From positions 1-55,161 of the forward strand of contig JACRKF010000014.1 of the NCBI GenBank assembly GCA_016219865.1: a stretch of DNA of 55,161 nucleotides, given 5' to 3'. Source of the stretch: Candidatus Woesearchaeota archaeon (GTDB lineage Archaea; Nanobdellota; Nanobdellia; Woesearchaeales; DSVV01). Of the stretch, positions 27,501-36,100 are shown one piece after another. The notes beneath the pieces are model-generated. The model saw only the letters and a program-made list of their open reading frames with translations. It was not told the DNA's origin and made no database searches. Both the position numbers and the translations under genes were made by a program. Position 1 is the stretch's first letter. Every line of letters begins with the position of its first letter.

Positions 27501-28681
27501 ATGATGTTGTTGCTAATCTTGATAAGCAAGCTTCATCTGGTTCAATTGCTGTAGTTAATGGAGTAGAATATATTAAAGATATGGATGGTAATTGGGTTGA
27601 GACAAATGATAATACTCACATACTTACTGACCAGCAAATGAAAGGAAAATGTAATGATAACTCTTGTAAATTAACAATTAATGCGGAACAAGGAGTAGTA
27701 GATGTAAAGAATAATAAACCTGAACTAAAAATGCCAGCAACTGTTGGAGCTGATGGTTCTGTTACTTATTCTGTTGGTGAAGGCGATTCAGCAGTTACAT
27801 ATAAAGTACTTGCAGGTGAAACTGATGTGCAAATTTGCAAAGGAGACAAATGTGAGAAATGCGAAAAGTGCGCAACTAAAGGTGGAAAACTTCTTGATTC
27901 TGATGGGAAACCAATAGGCGATTCTCCAGAAGCAGCTAGAGAAAAAGCAGAGGATTTCTGTGTCAAAAATCTTGATGATAAAAAATGCGCTTATGTTGCA
28001 GAAAATTTAAAGAATGCAGTAAACATTGCAACTGCTCCATTTAGAGCAGAAGTTGAAAGGATAGTTGGCTCTTATGTTAATACATTGCTTGATATGGCAT
28101 GGATAGGGAGCAATAGAAATTTCATAATGGCAATGTGCGGAGCAAAGTATTATGAAAAAGAAGGTGAAGCAGTTGGCGCATTTGGCGGGATATCTGACAG
28201 TTGGAAAACACCATTAGGTTATGGAGCGCAAGATCCAGTTGATGCAATTTACGATGGTTTGTTAACAGGAGGAAGCAGTATTATTAAAATGTCTGGAACT
28301 AAAGAAGAAATTACTTCGGAGATGTACAGATATACAGCACGTGTGTTATTGATAGGCAACTTTGAATATACCATATATTTTCAGAACTCTTGCACAAAAG
28401 AGTCATCAGCATTTGAAGGTGGTTTTGTTAAACAAGGAACAGTGCAAGCGCTAGGAGCTCCAAATTATGATATCCAAGATTATCGAGATTATTACTCAGG
28501 TTCATTGACAACATTTGATTGTGCAAATGGCCCATGCAGGTTTGATCAGATATGTGTAAAACGAGATCCAGCAAATGACGATAAAATAGAGAATCCATTT
28601 TGTGTAACATTAGCAAAAGGCAAGTTCAGAACAAAGTTCAAAGACGGCAAGTCTGATGAAGCTGGAAGTGTTGAATGTTGA
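24584..28681 (+). CDS. Family C secreted protein, copy 2 (signal anchor, repeats, TPR-like and acidic/Pro-rich linkers, conserved 9-Cys C-terminal domain)
   Basis: 1365 aa from ATG 24584. N-terminal TM (AIIVLVLILIVLASYLI), TPR-like DQAIDLYEQGDYEG...ALGENEKALDAYNKAKKL, a PE-rich linker, and several ~55-aa repeats each ending in a CxxxxC pair. C-terminal domain paralogous to 21322-22980. Ends ...GSVEC. Confidence 0.8.
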   Translation: MKKEDKKAIIVLVLILIVLASYLISNPGVLSTDEKKEDFVGMAEYEAGKSQYKATQEIKKVPVGSLVTIKAGGGGIYVYKKLDGNQLLLVYVNGKSIPAQKPKHDWEVTAASYAQGGKLTAIESFPEQQKKAEPAEAKFDETSDETEEDVAPDLSPPEDTDKKKKDETSTPILSPTQKLSAAESTAKVEQLQAKVYDPQTKSLTVTQPDGYTITFTKTENGWKDNSGSNYEDTSLAVAISNNLASGDFTGVQLKTNDGQTHTVTGSELTFAKQPATAQQPTTQKPAVVTTNDDQGETDGLFPAGGIVPPEIAGTDNPELDKSLEDVKVPESKAGEDKYKDAFKSAKSEDDKPEIPKPKLYAAESEDAPKGKSGIETAATKSSIDQAIDLYEQGDYEGVKTIMETVVKTEPSTNNYFKLATALQALGENEKALDAYNKAKKLAKNDQAIAKIEQQIENVQESLAQTSVDVEQISTATKVVEAEKAAADATDKKTSDEEKKTLKDLKEWWQSIFGNDEKADLDKTGQEAVAAKKDSNGFLQGLVDFFSFDSDKTTTPEEVIMKQATPEEEAEVFADWNSGGDDAEDDVELIDEESAPEVEEEPIPEAEPLQPIPPLEVAPLEPETPKVEGPIYGPPTGTINKQATSEIIDTKPENTIANNDELKVTPIVDKPKLEDGKLTAEPPASTQATITYSAQVHTKTLPDGTKMDYQLQTGSDGSTKIIICVGTVCTTCPNCKVEHNPSGGIKITEPNTKGGDDDVVVFGAEVIPPAQTPSKPGNIEAKSIDNALEDMKESNAGSTIEVDGLKYTKGDNGKWTAKPPEGGTHTLGDDEVAQKCEKNKCNTKLMFDGQTRIYTHDPEAEEKVEAQTTSVDKLISFESSEVTGLSGITDIDNAPEGTTIHVGDQIFKKKGGKLVLLDDSLEETSNSVELTQENKAKLDAELKQRCAVGSNEGCVIIVESAGDKPVPKPSTNFDDVVANLDKQASSGSIAVVNGVEYIKDMDGNWVETNDNTHILTDQQMKGKCNDNSCKLTINAEQGVVDVKNNKPELKMPATVGADGSVTYSVGEGDSAVTYKVLAGETDVQICKGDKCEKCEKCATKGGKLLDSDGKPIGDSPEAAREKAEDFCVKNLDDKKCAYVAENLKNAVNIATAPFRAEVERIVGSYVNTLLDMAWIGSNRNFIMAMCGAKYYEKEGEAVGAFGGISDSWKTPLGYGAQDPVDAIYDGLLTGGSSIIKMSGTKEEITSEMYRYTARVLLIGNFEYTIYFQNSCTKESSAFEGGFVKQGTVQALGAPNYDIQDYRDYYSGSLTTFDCANGPCRFDQICVKRDPANDDKIENPFCVTLAKGKFRTKFKDGKSDEAGSVEC

Positions 28682-28746
28682 ACAAAACATTTATATACTT
28701 GTGAGGTATTATACCTATTAAGTATTATACTTGGCAGGTATATAAA

Positions 28747-30138
28747 ATGAAATTTTACAATAGGGACAAGGAAATAGCAATATTTTCTAAAATCAAAAAA
28801 GATTTTCGAATTGCTATTCTTGGCAGGAGAAGAGTTGGAAAAACACGGTTGGTGGAACATTTCTATAAAAGTGATGCTATTGTCTTCTTTATTCCTGCTG
28901 AAAAGATTGAAAAGCAAATTATCGAAACTTGGAGGGAACAATATCCTGAGCTGCATCTGCCAGAAAGCAGCACCTTTGAGAACTTTTTCAGTTTTGTTTT
29001 TTTTCATTACAAAGATAAGATTATATTTCTTGATGAGATACAAAATGTAATAAAAGTAAATAAGTCTTTTCTTTTCGATCTTCAAAGACTTATTGATAAG
29101 TACAAACCAAAGCTTATTGTTACAGGTTCTTTGATCAGTCCGATGAAAGAAATAATCCAAGAATACCAAAGTCCTTTGTACGGAAGATTTGATTATGTTA
29201 TCAAACTTGATGAGCTCTCATTCAAGACAGTTTATATAATGGGTAAAGATTTACAATTGAAATTTGAGGAAATTGTGCTTTTTTATCTCTTTTTTGGCGG
29301 CATCCCTAAATATTATGAACTTGTTGAAAAGATAGAGCCATTTATTTTAGAGGAGTTTGTCGCAGAAATGTTTATTCGTTATCCTCGTCCATTGTATGAA
29401 GAAGTGAAAATGATGCTTAAAGAGGAATTTGGTTCTGAATATAAAATGTTTTTTTCAATACTTTCTGCAATCTCGCAAGGAAAAAATAAACTTTCTGAGA
29501 TTGCAACTTCTTTAGGCTTAGCAGAAACAAAGATAACAAAATACATCGCTTTGCTTAAAGATGATTTTGAAATCATAACTAGAACAACACCAATCATTGA
29601 CGGCAAGAAAAACATCTATCAGATAAAGAATCATATGTTTTCTTTTTGGTTTGATACTTTGTGGAGGTATAATAATCTGCTTGAAATCAATGCAGAAAAA
29701 GAATTTGAAGAGAGTGTGAAACAACGATTTGGAAACTATCTTGGCGTCCAATTTGAGAATCTATTGCTTGAATTGATCAGAGATAATGTGATTCAATTGC
29801 CTTTCAATCCAGAAAAGATAGGAAAGCAATGGGGTAAAGTGAATTCAGAAATGCTTCCAAACAATCAATATGAGATTGATATCGTTGCATTCAATGAGAA
29901 AAACAAGAAAATAGCGTTTTTTGAATGTAAGTTGAAACAAAATGTTAATGCGCAGAAAGTGCTTGCTGATCTGCAAACAAAAGCACAATATGTTCATTGG
30001 AATATAAATAACAGAACGGAGTATTATTTCATAATCGCAAAAAGCTTTACAAAAAAAATAGCAGCTACAAATGGAGCTTTTGTATTTTGCATTGACTTAA
30101 TTGATATTGAAAATTATCTCAAAAAAAGTATTAAATGA
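28747..30138 (+). CDS. Archaeal ATPase (Arch_ATPase-type AAA+) with DUF234-like C-terminal domain
   Basis: 463 aa with Walker A LGRRRVGKT and Walker B IIFLDEIQ. The C-terminal segment FENLLLELIRD...YEIDIVAFNEKNKKIAFFECK is typical of the DUF234 nuclease-like fold. Confidence 0.75.
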   Translation: MKFYNRDKEIAIFSKIKKDFRIAILGRRRVGKTRLVEHFYKSDAIVFFIPAEKIEKQIIETWREQYPELHLPESSTFENFFSFVFFHYKDKIIFLDEIQNVIKVNKSFLFDLQRLIDKYKPKLIVTGSLISPMKEIIQEYQSPLYGRFDYVIKLDELSFKTVYIMGKDLQLKFEEIVLFYLFFGGIPKYYELVEKIEPFILEEFVAEMFIRYPRPLYEEVKMMLKEEFGSEYKMFFSILSAISQGKNKLSEIATSLGLAETKITKYIALLKDDFEIITRTTPIIDGKKNIYQIKNHMFSFWFDTLWRYNNLLEINAEKEFEESVKQRFGNYLGVQFENLLLELIRDNVIQLPFNPEKIGKQWGKVNSEMLPNNQYEIDIVAFNEKNKKIAFFECKLKQNVNAQKVLADLQTKAQYVHWNINNRTEYYFIIAKSFTKKIAATNGAFVFCIDLIDIENYLKKSIK

Positions 30139-30210
30139 ACAATTAATTGCCTGATTTTCAAAGAATTCTTTAACCTCATCAACAGAAGATAGAGGAGTTA
30201 ATACTTAACT

Positions 30211-30218
30211 TTTATATA
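30211..30218 (+). promoter_or_regulatory. TATA-like box for a probably leaderless transcript of 30241-30999
   Basis: aactTTTATATAct lies 23-30 nt upstream of ATG 30241 with no SD motif between. Confidence 0.4.
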
Positions 30219-30240
30219 CTACAACTAACCATGCAATTCA

Positions 30241-30999
30241 ATGCACATAAATGATTCAGCATTCATTCAAAGCTTTAAACAAAGAAAAGATTTTATATTT
30301 TATGTATTTCTTGATATTATCTATTATGTCTTGCTTTTAGGGATAATTGCATTTGTAGGGAGAGTTGTGTATCCTAAACTTGTTTATCTCCGAGGAGTAA
30401 AGGAAATGCTTAATGGAATGCAAAAATCTTCTTTTTATGAACTTCAAGCAACATTTACATATATAAGGGAAACTTATTATGGATTCTTTATTTATGCAGC
30501 AATAGTTATCATTTGTTTATTCTTACTTTATACTTTCTTGAAAAGTTATTTTTGGTATAAAGTAAGAGGTGAAAGCTATACATTAAAAACACTTCTTAAA
30601 TTTTCATTCTTAAATATTGTAATGCTTTGTTTATTTGTTCTTGTTGGGTATATTATCATAAAAGTGATTAATCAGCAGAATCAAGTAACAACATTGCTGC
30701 TAATCTTATATCCAGCAGCATTATATAGCATTAATCTACTGCATCTTTTGTTGGCAATACATAAATCATTGAGAAAGACAGCGAAAGCATTCTTTTCATT
30801 AGGAATTGTGAAATTCTACAAATTTATAATTCCTTATCTATTTATGATTGCAATACTTATCATATTGCTTTATTTTATGATTTTACTTCAATTTTTCTTG
30901 CCAGATTATGTTTATTATATCATTTATCTTATACTTTTTGTAGTCTTCACTACATGGTGTAAACTATATCTTCTTAAAATAATTGAAAGAAATCAATAA
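30241..30999 (+). CDS. Hypothetical polytopic membrane protein
   Basis: 252-aa ORF with about 6 hydrophobic segments. No family recognised. Confidence 0.55.
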   Translation: MHINDSAFIQSFKQRKDFIFYVFLDIIYYVLLLGIIAFVGRVVYPKLVYLRGVKEMLNGMQKSSFYELQATFTYIRETYYGFFIYAAIVIICLFLLYTFLKSYFWYKVRGESYTLKTLLKFSFLNIVMLCLFVLVGYIIIKVINQQNQVTTLLLILYPAALYSINLLHLLLAIHKSLRKTAKAFFSLGIVKFYKFIIPYLFMIAILIILLYFMILLQFFLPDYVYYIIYLILFVVFTTWCKLYLLKIIERNQ

Positions 31000-31032
31000 T
31001 CATAATTATTTATTCTCATTAAAAAAACAAAG

Positions 31033-31041
31033 TTTATAAAT
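31033..31041 (+). promoter_or_regulatory. BRE/TATA-like promoter element upstream of the second surface-protein cassette
   Basis: aaagTTTATAAATaa, followed by AAGGAG SD at 31057-31062 and ATG 31066. Confidence 0.45.
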
Positions 31042-31065
31042 AATAAATCTTCAAAAAGGAGTATA

Positions 31066-33027
31066 ATGAAAAAAAGGGGTATGGTAACATTATTTATTAT
31101 TATAGGTCTAGTTCTTTTGATACTCATAGGTCTTTTTTATTATCTCAAAGAAAGTTTGATTCTGAAAGATATATTTGTGCCTAAAGAGATTATTCCACTG
31201 CAAAAATATGCTGAGAAATGCATCAGAGATTCAGCTTCACAAGCTATATTTTTAGCAAGTATGCAAGGCGGATATATTGAACTTCCTAAAAAGATTGCTA
31301 AAGATCCAGAAGCGTATATTTTAACAGGGTTTAAGGTTCCGATGTGGTATTATAAAGCAGAGGATAGAACACCAAGCTTTCAATCATTTATATTTTATCT
31401 TGAAAGTTATATTAATGAACAATCATTGCAGTGCATTAATAATTTTGAACCATTCAAAGAGCAGTATGAAATAAATGAAATTAAAAAAATAACAACAAAA
31501 GTAAAATTAAATGATCAAGAAATGATTATTGATTCTGCATTAGATACAACAGTAAAAGTAAAAAATAAAAATACTATTCTTAAATTCCCAAAGATTACAA
31601 CTAAACAACCAACAAAGATAAAAAAATTATTTTTGCTGGCAAAAGAGATTATGCTGCGAGAGAATACTGACAATTTTTTAGAAATTCTAACAGATGATAT
31701 GATTGCTAGTTCTGATTATCTGCCATATGCTGGTGTTGAATTAACTTGTGATGATAGGACATGGACTGTAAGCAGCATGATTCCTTATATTAAAAATATG
31801 ATTGTTCATAATTTTAAGTTCTTAACATTTGAAGATACTGCTTATTTGCCAACAGGTTATGATTATTATGAAAAGCAATACAGAATTTCATTGAAAGGAA
31901 ATAATTACAAAGATCTGCAGGTTAATACAATCTATAATCCTAAATGGAATTTTCAGCTTGATGTAACGCCAAGTAAAAATGGCATAGTTGAACCACTGGA
32001 ATTTACAATGTCAAATTTTGTTTTTGCGTGCGTAAAACTATATAATCATAAATATTCTGCGCAATATCCGTTGTTATTTCAAATTATAGATAAGGATAAT
32101 CCTGATAATGTTTTCTATTTTGCCACACCTGTGTTAGTCAAGAGAAATGAGCCAAATAGATATAATGAAGTTCCATTATGGCCAAGCGAAGATGATACTG
32201 AAACAAATACGCAATATTGCAATGATAATGAACCAATCACTCAAATGGTTGTTGGAGAAAATAATCAAATATTTGCAAAAACTGCAACAAAACAAAATAG
32301 GAAAAATGCATTAACGATTTACGCATATGATGCATCGCTAGATATTTTTACTGGATTGCTAAACAATGTTACAATCTCTTACCAATGTGTTAAATTCAGA
32401 TGCGAGATAGGCAAAACTAACTATCCTAAAGATATCAATGATGTTTATACTGGTTCAAATCCTTACTTAAAAGCATTATTCCCTGATTGCGAGAATGGAA
32501 TAATTACTGCAGAAAAACAAGGATATCTTCCTGCGAAATTGCATCAAACAGTAAGCGCAGAAACAAATGAATATGCTGTGAATATTCCAATGACAAAATT
32601 GAAGCAGTTTAAAGTGAGGATGCACGTATTTGAAGATAATACATATGGCGGAAACGAAGATAATGAAAATAAAAATGTTGAAAGAGATATGTTGGCAACA
32701 GAATCTGTATTGATAACATTAAAAAATAAAGGACGGTTGTATGATAAAATGATTTATTATCCTAATGATGAGAACAATCTTGAATTAATGGTAGCAAATG
32801 AACCTTATGAAGTTGAAATTAAACTTATAGAGAATGATGAGATTGTCGGAAAAGCATCTTATACATGGCAGCCAGAGTTGGAACAAATACAATTTAGAAA
32901 TGGCGTGTTATTTTTTGTTGGAAAGATTCCTCAATCATCAAGTAATATGGTAGAACAATATAAACAGTTGCAGAAAACAGAGAATAAAAATAAAGGCAGT
33001 GTTGAACCAAGGTTGACACTTGGTTAG
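31066..33027 (+). CDS. Family A surface protein, copy 2 (class-III/pilin-like signal peptide)
   Basis: 653 aa. MKKRG|MVTLFIIIGLVLLILIGL fits the archaeal prepilin-peptidase type signal (basic leader, Gly, hydrophobic stretch). Paralog of 14041-16227. Confidence 0.8.
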   Translation: MKKRGMVTLFIIIGLVLLILIGLFYYLKESLILKDIFVPKEIIPLQKYAEKCIRDSASQAIFLASMQGGYIELPKKIAKDPEAYILTGFKVPMWYYKAEDRTPSFQSFIFYLESYINEQSLQCINNFEPFKEQYEINEIKKITTKVKLNDQEMIIDSALDTTVKVKNKNTILKFPKITTKQPTKIKKLFLLAKEIMLRENTDNFLEILTDDMIASSDYLPYAGVELTCDDRTWTVSSMIPYIKNMIVHNFKFLTFEDTAYLPTGYDYYEKQYRISLKGNNYKDLQVNTIYNPKWNFQLDVTPSKNGIVEPLEFTMSNFVFACVKLYNHKYSAQYPLLFQIIDKDNPDNVFYFATPVLVKRNEPNRYNEVPLWPSEDDTETNTQYCNDNEPITQMVVGENNQIFAKTATKQNRKNALTIYAYDASLDIFTGLLNNVTISYQCVKFRCEIGKTNYPKDINDVYTGSNPYLKALFPDCENGIITAEKQGYLPAKLHQTVSAETNEYAVNIPMTKLKQFKVRMHVFEDNTYGGNEDNENKNVERDMLATESVLITLKNKGRLYDKMIYYPNDENNLELMVANEPYEVEIKLIENDEIVGKASYTWQPELEQIQFRNGVLFFVGKIPQSSSNMVEQYKQLQKTENKNKGSVEPRLTLG

Positions 33028-33035
33028 TAGTTGGC

Positions 33036-33083
33036 AGTTAGTGGTTTGCAGTATTGCAGTAAATTTGCAGCTTACCACTAACT
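33036..33083 (+). other. Structured intergenic spacer between family A2 and B2 genes
   Basis: 9-bp stem agttagtgg / ccactaact enclosing a 30-nt loop with three ttgcag repeats, followed by a G-poor actaac/ctact-rich tract up to about 33115. Confidence 0.35.
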
Positions 33084-33135
33084 ACTTATTACTAACAACT
33101 AACTTATTACATACTAGAAAAGATGTGAAGCAATT

Positions 33136-36100
33136 ATGAAATACCAAAAATTTATCAGCTGTTGGTTAATCGGTTTAATAATTTTATTCCCAGTAGCTTT
33201 TGCTCTTACAATTAATCCTGAGTCAGTTTTAGTATCACCAACTGATAAAAGCGCTGAGATTAACTGGACAACAGATATATTAGCAGATGGAAAAGCGCAT
33301 TTTGGAGAGAGTGTTGACAAACTTAAAACAATTCCAGATACTGCAGGATTTCAAATTCAGCATAGTGTAAATCTAAACTCTTTAGATCAAGGTACAAAGT
33401 ATTTCTATAAAGTTGAATCTGGCGACGGAGCAGTAATAACTGCTTTAGAAACATTTAAAGAATTTTCCACACTTTTGTCATCGCCGCAAGGATTGACTGC
33501 AAAGAAGATTGGTTTTAATGAAATACAATTAACATGGCAATTGAATCCAAAAGCAACTAAATACAAGATTTATCTTAATACTTCAGAAAATGATAAATCA
33601 AATGGTAAAGCTATTGCTGAACAAGCAACAAATGAATATACTATCAAAGAACTTGCAGCTGATACTGAATATGAAATACAAGTAAACTGCATTGATAATC
33701 AGAATAAAGAGTCTAAACTTTCAGAAGTATTGCTTGTAAAGACAATTAAGAAACCATTGGAAATAAAGTTTGCGCAAGCGCAAGATATTTCAAAAACATC
33801 TGCAGTAATTAATTGGATAACAACAGAAGATGCAAATAGCACAGTTATGTATGGAAAAACTAATTCATTGAACTTAATTCAAGCTGACTCAGAATTAACA
33901 AAGAATCATTCAATTATTCTTATAAATCTTGATGAGAATACAAAATATAATTATAAAGTAAAATCTAATGATATTGAAAGTCAAACACAAAGCTTTGCAA
34001 CACTCAGCAATGAGAGTATTGAGATAACAAATATAAAAGTGTCTTCTACCAGCAAAAGTTCTGCTGTAGTTGAGTGGGATACTAATATTGCTAATGCTGG
34101 AGAGGTTGTGTATAGCATTGATGATGCATTTTCAAATTCAGTCAAAGAAGCACAGCCAACAAAACAACATACAGCAAATCTTCAAAACTTACTTTCAGGA
34201 ACATTGTATTATTTTAAAGTAAAAGCAGCTGAAACAGTTTCTCCTTATTCTGCATTTACAACAAATGAATCACTTGGCTCATTTTTGACATTGATTGATG
34301 CGCCAACTATATCAAATAGTTATAATATTAATGTCTCTGGCAAGTCAAAGCCAGGAGCAAAATTGTATATTTTTGTCAATGAGCAAAAAACAGCTCAAGT
34401 AATCACTACACTTAAAGAATCTGGGGAGTTTAAGAAGGAAATAAAACTAAATCAATATGCTAACTATAATAATATTCAAGGCAATAATCTTGTGCAAGTT
34501 ATGTCCTGGGATAAAGCTGGGAAAAAAGATAAAGCAGAATTTACTGTGCTTTTAGATGTTGTAAAACCAGAATTGCAGGTCAATCCTTTTACAAAATACA
34601 CAAGCAATTCTAATCTTAATATCTCTGGAATGACAGAGTCAAATGCAACAGTTGAATTGTTTATCAATAATGCAAGCAAAGGTTTTGCTTTAGTGAATGA
34701 ATCTGGATTTTTTAGTAAGATTATTGCATTAAGTCAGAACAATCAGACTGTAAAAGCGCAGGCAAAAGATGCAGCTGGAAATATTAACTTTTTTGAACAG
34801 CTTGTAACATTGGATAAAAAAGCGCCAACAATCACTTTTGAAACACAGTTTGCTTCTGAGACTCATTTTAAGTTTTTGACAGTTACAGGACAAACAGAGC
34901 CATTTACTAAATTGTATATTACAAATTATGGAGAATTTACTGGCTGTAATGATATTCAGTTTACTAATAGAGTTGGCAAGTGCACAACATTTGTTTCAAA
35001 TAAATATATGCTGCCATCAACTGTTGTTTCAGCTAATCTTGATCCATTTGGCATTGTATTTGGAACAACTCAAGAAGTTGATACAGGTGAAGATGGAACA
35101 TTTACAGTAAGAGTGCCAATGTTTCAAGGATTGCAAAAAGCAGCAGCGATGAACAAAATTCAGTTTCTTGCAGTTGATGATGCAGGTAATACACACGAAG
35201 TTACTAAGTCTATCAAATATAATCCAGGCTGCAATGATTGGGCAATTAATTTTGGTGAAGTAAAAGCATATCCATTTAATATTTATACAAAAGAATTAAC
35301 TGCTCAAAGTTTACAAGCAAGCGCGTTTATTCCAATTCAATATATTGGAACAGGTTCACCAAAAATAGGAAATATCATAGTTATGGAAGATGATGTAAGT
35401 GTTCGTGAAGGGTTGTTGGGTAAGACTGGAGAAATTATTTCGCAAGAAGATGGCAATAAATATGTTTCAATTCAAAATTATAAAGTAAGTCAATATGATC
35501 CAATAACAGGCAAGGCGTATATTTATGTTCCTTTAACATTTTCAAAATATACAGGAAAAATGGATGATTTGAAAGATCAAATTAATGTTTATCTTAAAGC
35601 AAGCATTAATTATAATGTTAATTCTGTTTCTACTTCTCCTAATTCAGCTGCTAATCCAAGCAATCTTCAACCGCCATTGCAAAGTCAGTTTACACAAGCA
35701 GGCGCTGCAAGCTGTGAAGTATTTCCAATGCTTTCATTTAGCATTCAAAAACCACTTGATTATAGTCTATGGTTAACACCAAGCATGATCAATAAATCAA
35801 TTGAAGTTCTCGATAAGACAATTGATACAACGCAAGATATTGTTGATGTTGCCAAAAAAGCTTCAATGTACACACTTCTTGCATGCGGCGCAGCTGTAGC
35901 ATTTCATTATTTATCAGCTGCATTTGATGGTTCAAGCGATGCAAATATTGCAAGCAGTGGTAATGTAAATAGTCAATGCAGAGAATCTGATCAAGGATTA
36001 GAAACAGTATATTATATCTGTGACAGAGTGCTTTGTCCTGCTGCTCCTCCTGTATGCGATGATTTTCAAGCGCAAGGAAAATGGATGAATAAAGAAAATG

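Noticed and set aside
28690-28745. Short repeats and a near-palindrome (aggtattatacct, gtattatac twice, ggtatata) between family C2 and the Arch_ATPase gene.
   Set aside because: The words are A/T-rich, short and imperfect, and probably just overlapping TATA-like promoter sequence. Not distinguishable from chance.
28546-29169. 207-aa minus-strand ORF spanning the end of the family C2 gene and the start of the Arch_ATPase gene.
   Set aside because: It overlaps two well-supported plus-strand genes and their intergenic promoter. The sequence is low-complexity with no domain. It looks like an artefact of AT-rich sequence.
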